Source: Paecilomyces variotii | Taxonomy: Eukaryota | Assembly: GCA_004022145.1 (NCBI GenBank) | Contig: RCNU01000034.1 | Direction: 5' to 3' (one strand) | Length of the DNA: 43,536 nucleotides | In this document: piece by piece, positions 36,901 through 43,536 of the stretch | How the letters are laid out: each line of letters begins with the position of its first letter | How positions within the stretch are numbered: position 1 is the stretch's first letter | The notes under the pieces: model-generated | The model's database searches: none | The model's input: the letters and a program-made list of their open reading frames with translations, nothing else | Told to the model about the DNA's origin: nothing | Translations under genes and position numbers: made by a program

Positions 36901-38291
36901 TTTTAATATTGCTTTAGTATATACTTAATAACTGCCTTTATATATACCGCCTTAATAAACTGTATAGAATAATATTAGTTCTAGCTCCCTATATATCCTA
37001 GTATTACTCTAACTTATACTTAGCATATACTATAATATAGTATAAAATATATATTATATATAGTTTCTAATAAATATAGTTTACTATAATATAATATAAA
37101 AACTTTATTATAAGTTATATAAGCTATATATATGCTAAGCCTACTTAAATGCTATATTAAAACTAACTTAGTATTTAAGCTAAACCTAGATTTTTCTTAA
37201 GTAGGCTGAGCTTTTTAGGTGGGCTAAGCTTAGCCCCGGCTAGGCTAAGCTATATCTCGCTTAAAATTAATATTTAATTAGTCTTATCTATTATATAATT
37301 TAAGTCTAAATACTTAATAAGTTACTAGTCTTAGTTTATATTAAACTTAAGATTAAAATATATAATTAATTATAAGTATCTTATAAAGAACTTTAATATC
37401 TTAAAGTATTTTTTAAATAAATCTAATAGATATTAACTTAATCTACTTATTATAAATATAATATTTAGTCTTATTAAAATTATTAAGTAAATTAAGCTAT
37501 TAATAATTTTTTAATACTTTTTTTAATTTATTCTTTTATTTTAAGAGCTAAATAATTTTAAAAAATTATATCTATTTAATCAGATACTAATTAAGTATAT
37601 TTTTTCCTTACTTATTCTATATTATAATAAGAATTCCTTAATATAGTAAGATTAGTCTATTATTAATATTTAGTCCTTTTTATTTTAAATAACTTAAATA
37701 TTAAAGATTTTCTTTATTTCTTTTAAATTCTTTATTTTATATATTAATTTAAACTTAGTTAAAAAGAATAAGTTTATATAAGATTCCTTAGACTATTTAA
37801 CTATCTTAGAGGGCTAATAATACTTAGAGAAAAAGAGTATTAGCATATATAGTAAATATAAAAAATATATATATATTTCTTTAGTTAAGGTAATAGATTT
37901 TTATATAGAGCTTAGAAAATAATTTTTTTAAACTGCTTAATTTTACTAAAATAAAATTATTACTAAAAACTTCTTTAAAATAAAATCTTTATTATATTAA
38001 AAACTACTAGTCTTAACTGCTATTTTATAATATTTCTTCTTAATCTAAACTTATTAGATTAATTAATCTTAATTAATTTAAGAATTTTAAGAAATTTACC
38101 TTTAATAATAGTTTAATAAAACTATCTGCTATTATATTCTATATTCTAATAAATTTAATACTAATCTTATTCTTTTAATATAAGTTATATATATAATAGT
38201 ATATAATATTAATATACTTTAATCTTTTATAAGTATAAATATCTTTAATTAATAATAGTAATATTTAATTATCTTTATAGACCTTAATTAG

Positions 38292-38462
38292 TGTTAAGGA
38301 CTTAGCTAGCTCTAGGTTACGTAAACTAGATCCTTTAACTACTTAGCTAAAAAGACTACAATAACTACGCCTAAGCATAGTTAAGCTAGCACCGAACTAT
38401 ATAGCCTAGTAGTTAAGGGTTCCCGGGGGTTCGCGGGGCACTACTAAGGCTAGCGCCTTATA
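38292..38462 (-). mobile_element. Solo LTR of the TRIM family (171 bp)
   Basis: Reverse complement of 8156-8325 / 8676-8845. Flanks do not form a TSD. Confidence 0.93.
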
Positions 38463-40844
38463 TTATAAATATCTTATAAGAGACTTTAATACTTTAAAAT
38501 ACCTTTTAAATAAATCTAATAAATATTAACTTAATCTATCTATTATAAATATAATATCTAGTTTTATTAAAATTATTAAGTAAATTAAGCTATTAATAAT
38601 TCTCTAATATTTTTTTTAATTTACTCTTTTATTTTAAAGGTTAAATAGTTTTAAAGAGTTATATTTATTTAATAAGATACTAATTAAATATACTTTCTTT
38701 TTACTTATTCTATATTATAATAAGAGTTTCTTAATATAATAAAATTAATTTATTATTAATATTTAATCCTGCCTATTTTAAATAATTTAAATATTAAAAA
38801 TCTTTTTTATTTCTCTTAAGTCCTTTATCTTATATATTAATTTAAACTCTTATTTAAACTAATAAATATTCTCTATTTACTTTATACTAATTAGAATATT
38901 ATTAATATATACTAAAAGTAAGATTTCTTTTTTAAGTACTATAATAAGTATAGATTAATATTAGTTTAATTTAATCTATATAAAACCTATTTTCTAGAGT
39001 ATTTCTATATAGGTTTTATTTTAATCCCTTATAGCTTACTTTAAACTATATAGAGATTAAAGAATTTTTAATATTATTTTTAATAGTATATTTATTTCTA
39101 GTAAAGATACTATATAAATTTTCTCCTTTAATATTAACTTTATAAAGGTATTATTAATATCTATAATATAGTACTTATAATCCTTTATTATAATAATAAC
39201 TAAGAATATTTATAATATATTATATTATAAGATAAGAGTAAAGGTATACTTAAAATTAATACTATATTTTTAAATAAATCTTTAAATAATAAAGTATACT
39301 TTAAGCTTTTAAAGGGAATTATTTAAATTATATTTTATAGTTAATATTTAATAGCTAATTATAATATTAACTTTTAGTAATAATATAATTACTTTAAAAG
39401 TTTTATTTACTTAGAGTATATTTATTTTAACTTTAAATATATCTTCTCTTAATCTATATTAATGCCTAGAAATAGGAGATTTAATATAAGTATTACTTAA
39501 TATAATTTTTTAATATCTTATTTATTATCTAGTAACTTAATCTCTTTTTTTTTATACTTTATTATATAGAGAATTTCTATATAAGATATAACTTATCTGC
39601 TTAATAAGAATAAGGAATTTATTTATAAACTCTTATAATTATTTAGATTATTAAAGTAAGAATAATTAAATATTTTCTTTTATTCTATAATTTTACTATA
39701 GTAAAAAGTTTCTTTTTTTTTTAAAGAAATATTTTAATTTCTTTTTAGTAAAATACTTCTTTTTCTTTTTTAAAAAAAATTAAAACTTCTTTATATTTCT
39801 CTTTCTAATTATTAATACTATTCTTCTTTTTATTTAAAAATATATATATATTTAAGATAATAGGCTAGGTTATTAATTAATCTCTTAAATTCTTTATTAA
39901 TATTATATTTAATAATAATTTTTAAAGAATCTTAAGGTTTAAATCTTCTCTTAGTTTATTCTTAAAGAACTTAGCTTAATAGGTTTTAATAGTCTTTCTT
40001 ATATTTAAAGCTTAAATTTTTTATTATTTATTTATTCTCTTAATATATCTTATAAAAATATAGATTCTGCCTTAATCTATTTATTTATCCCTTTATATAT
40101 TTTATAATAAAGATTCTAGGTTTATATATAATACTACTTAATATCTTTATACTTTTAAATAATTAATTAATAGCTTAACTCTAATAAAGGCTTTCTCTAA
40201 AAATATTTAAACCCTATTAACTATTAGTTTATTTAATACTTTATTTCTAATATATATATTAGTTTAAGCTATTTCTACCTATAATTTAATTAGAAGGTTT
40301 AAATTTTTAAATATAACTCTTATTTCTTTTTTAATAGTTTAATATACTTATTCTATAGCTTTATTTTATATTAATATATATAGAACTATTAGTTTATAAT
40401 AAATACTAAACTATTTCCTTTAAATCTTAAAAAAAATTTTAAATTCTAATATATTATCTAATTATATACTAAGAATTTAGAGACTTATTATTATCTTAAC
40501 TTCTTTCTTCTATTTATTTAAAATAGAGGCAGTATTAGATTTAGCTCTTATTAAAAATATCTATATTTTTCTTAAAAAGTTATTTATAATTATTAAGAAG
40601 TAAATATATTTATTTTTAAATTTTAATATTTAATTATATATATTTATATAAATAAGTTTAAGAATATTAACCTTTTATATATTAGTAATCTCTTTTTTAT
40701 TTCTAATATTAGCTATAATATATATTATATACTAATAGTTTATTATTACTTTAATAGGCTTTTTTAATATAATTAAGTTATATAAGTTTCTAATCTTTTT
40801 AAGTTTAAGATAGTTAATTCTCCTATACTATAATTAATACTTTT

Positions 40845-40943
40845 CCTTAATTTTATTTTAATAAAATTCTTCTTTCTTCTTAATTTTATTTTAATAAAAT
40901 TTTTCTTTTTCCTTAATTTTATTTTAATAAAATCCTTCTTTTT
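40845..40943 (-). repeat. 33-bp tandem repeat x3 (in frame, 11 codons) between Copia protease and GAG-pre-integrase domain
   Basis: Units start at 40845, 40878 and 40911. Confidence 0.85.
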
Positions 40944-42557
40944 AATCTATAATTATAGTATTAAGAGTATCTTTAATAGAGAGTAATATAATAAGTATAT
41001 ACTATAACTTAAGTATTTAATTTAAGAAGACTCTTTTAATAATATAAACTCTATATTTAATAATATCTTAAATTATAACTTTATCTAATTTATTTAATAT
41101 AGATATTATTCTTTTATTAAAGTATTTATATATATTTAACTATTAGTAGAATATCTTAGTTAATAAGAGATTTACCCTAAGGTTTAATATAAGTAATATA
41201 TTTTTTAAGTTTAATACTTTCTTATTCTTATTTTTTAAAATAACTATTTCTATATATTTTAAATATAAGATTTCTCCGCCTATATAAATATATCTCTATT
41301 AAATCTAAATTAATAGTTCTTTAAAATAATAGTTTTTATTAATTATATATAAACTAATATTATTATCTATATATTATTAAAATAAATTCTTATTAATAAT
41401 ATCTTTTAAAAAATAAATAATTTTATATAAAACTTAGTTATTAAAAATAATTAAGGCTAAAAATTTTAATTAAGATTAGCTTTTTTTAGTATTTAAGATT
41501 TTTTCTATATTATATATTCTCTACTTTTTATTTTTTAATTTTTTATTCTTTAAGAATTAAATCTTTTTATAGATTTTATTAATTATCTTTATTATTATCT
41601 TATTTTAAATAATAAGATTATTAAATATTTATTTAAAAGACTTCTTTTTTATCTTTAGCTATTTCTTATACTTTTTTAAGCAGTAAATAAAAATAAGTAA
41701 TCTTTAATATAATAATCTTTCTTATAGATATAGTATTTAATAAGGGTTTATCTATTTTTTATTAAGAATATAGTAATTAGTTTTATTTAAAATTAAGTCT
41801 TTATTTCTTCTAGAATAGCTAAAATATTATCTGTCTTTAAATTTTTATATATATTAATTATTGCCTTAATTATAATATATTCTTTAAGTAATATTAAAAA
41901 TAATTATTATATTTTAGCCTTAAGCTTAATTAAAAAAAATATTATACTATTAAATATTATAATTCTCTTTTCTATTTATTATAACTAATTTTAAATATTT
42001 AAAATTATTTATTTAGGAGTTATTTAAAAATATATAAATAATTAAATAAATTAATATTTTTAATTAAAGAGAGTTTTTATATATTTTACTTATAGAGCCT
42101 TTTATAATATATATATATTATTAGAGTTAATAAATTTATTTTAATTATCTTTAGATAAATATTTAGTAATTTAATATTAAATAGCTATATTAACCTTATT
42201 AAATTAATTATTATATAGTCTTTTAATAAACTTAATAGCTCTTTAATAATCTTTATTAATAAGCTATCTTTTTATATAAATAAACTATTTCTTATAATTC
42301 TCCTTTAAAAAGGTAAAAATAGGTTTTTTATTTTTATTTTTTATATTATTTATTAAAGATATAATAATAGTAAATTAATACTTTAACCTTTAATAAGATT
42401 TAACCTCTATTAAATTTAATATCTAATATAGTATTAAAATAATCTTATTATAAATTCTCTTATATAAAGATAGCTTATTATTACTAATTTAAACTTAAAT
42501 ATTTAAGATAAAATAGTTTTTACTATATAGCTATTTCTCTTAAATTATTATAAACTT

Positions 42558-42569
42558 AGGCTTATAATT
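42558..42569 (-). promoter_or_regulatory. Copia PBS of half-tRNA(iMet) type (Ty5/Drosophila copia-like)
   Basis: Minus strand AATTATAAGCCT directly abuts the 5' LTR and is derivable from GGTTATGAGCCC by RIP-type transitions only. Confidence 0.7.
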
Positions 42570-42842
42570 AGTTAAAAAGAATAAGTTTAAATAAAATTCC
42601 CTAGATTAATCTAATAGCTTAAAAAGCTAATAATATTTAAAGAAAAAGAGTATTAGTATATATAGTAAATATAAAGTATATTTATATATTTTTAGTTAAG
42701 GTAATAGATTTTATATAAAGCTTAAGAAATAGTTTTTTTAAGCTACTTAATTTTACTAAAGTAAAATTATTCTTAAAGATTTCCTTAAAGTAAAATCTTT
42801 ATTATACTAGAATTTACTAGTCTTAATTATTATTTCGTAATA

Positions 42843-43378
42843 AAAAGCTATTTTAAAGAAGATTTAACTAGCTTAAAATAGTATAAAATATATAGAAATA
42901 ATATCTATATATAATATTTACTAAAAAAATTAAACTCTATAATATAAGCTATATAAAAAGCTAAAATCTCTATTAATTCTAATATAACTATAATAAAATA
43001 TTTTAATAATTTTATAATAAGACTATTATTATCTAAGAAATAAAAAATTATTTATAATTTAATATTAATAATTATAAATTACTACTTAAAAATAATATTT
43101 TATATTTTTACTTATAAAATATTAAAGGTAAATAAAATAGCTAATCTTATTATAAATTATATCTATAATTACTTTAAACCTCTATAATTAATTATATTAA
43201 ATAAAGAAGTATTATTTATTAATAAATAATAGATAAAACTTTATTACTATATTTAAATTATTAAATTTTTAAGTATTATATTTTACTTTTAGATTAATAG
43301 TTAAATTAAAAAATAGAACTAAATATTAAAATATTATCTCTAGGTTTATTTAAATTATAAGTAAGATAATTAAGCATT
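42843..43378 (+). mobile_element. Chromovirus Gypsy copy C, continuation (integrase core)
   Basis: Colinear with 13949-14486 of copy B. Confidence 0.9.
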
Positions 43379-43536
43379 AGTTAAAAAGAATAAGTTTAAA
43401 AAAAATTCCCTAGACTAATCTAATAGCTTAAAAGACTAATAATACTTAAAGAGAAAGAGTATTAGTATATATAGTAAATATAAAGTATATTTATATATTC
43501 TTACTTAGGGTAATAGATTTTATATAAAACTTAAGA
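43379..43536 (-). mobile_element. Partial Copia LTR (another insertion into Gypsy copy C), truncated by the window edge
   Basis: Begins AGTTAAAAAGAATAAG like all other minus-strand Copia LTRs, at the point where the Gypsy host alignment breaks. Confidence 0.9.

Larger units (their letters stand above)
30428..37260 (+). mobile_element. Mutator-like (MULE) DNA transposon, 6833 bp, RIP-degraded
   Basis: 9-bp TSD TTAAAATTA (30419-30427, 37261-37269) in Copia RNase H. Imperfect GC-rich TIRs ~30428-30485 and ~37201-37260 share TAGCCGGGGCTAAGCT..GCTCAGCCTAC. Both termini begin with G. Confidence 0.88.
38040..42500 (-). pseudogene. Copia gag-pol relic (gag, zinc knuckle, PR, GAG-pre-integrase, INT, RT, partial RNase H)
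   Basis: De-RIPed CX2CX3HX4C (~41697-41738), WYID.GAS.H protease (~41345-41378), LWHRR..H (~40808-40835), CxxC (~40712-40730), plus RT motifs as in copy 1. Confidence 0.8.
29663..42842 (-). mobile_element. Composite Ty1/Copia insertion with three LTRs (29663-29935, 37757-38032, 42570-42842), containing the MULE and a TRIM solo LTR
   Basis: 5-bp TSD AAAAG at 29658-29662 and 42843-42847 in the Gypsy C host. PPT beside the first two LTRs and PBS beside the third. RNase H/RT 3' segment present twice. Confidence 0.88.

Noticed and set aside
1..43536. Organellar, Plasmodium-like or alternative-genetic-code (TAA/TAG read-through) origin
   Set aside because: The stops are explained by directional C>T/G>A changes that differ between copies of the same retroelement, the signature of RIP in a fungal nuclear genome.
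8011..43536. Bias for nested insertions antisense to their host
   Set aside because: About seven antisense versus four sense events, too few to distinguish from chance.

Overview
A gene-free, extremely AT-rich fungal (filamentous ascomycete-type) heterochromatin block made entirely of nested transposable elements degraded by repeat-induced point mutation (RIP). TpA is abundant, CpA/TpG are scarce, and copies differ almost only by C>T/G>A changes. No intact host gene is present, and the one supplied ORF looks like a RIP artefact. Aligning copies against each other and mentally reversing RIP resolves the following. (i) Three copies of one chromodomain Ty3/Gypsy family with 432-bp LTRs; one is full length (10009-17529, ATCTT TSD) and sits inside an older antisense copy of itself. 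(ii) Several copies of a Ty1/Copia family with 273-bp LTRs that end in non-canonical CT and a Ty5/copia-like half-tRNA PBS. (iii) A 690-bp GC-rich TRIM (8156-8845) whose PBS is complementary to its own LTR, suggesting Tf1-type self-priming, plus a solo LTR of it. (iv) Two different non-autonomous Helitron-like inserts. (v) A 6.8-kb Mutator-like element (9-bp TSD) with a spliced DDE transposase relic, an in-frame 147-bp RG-rich array and a convergent second spliced gene relic. (vi) At the left end, a second Gypsy integrase and two DNA-transposon termini. All protein motifs quoted are inferred by reversing RIP changes by eye; no database search was run.
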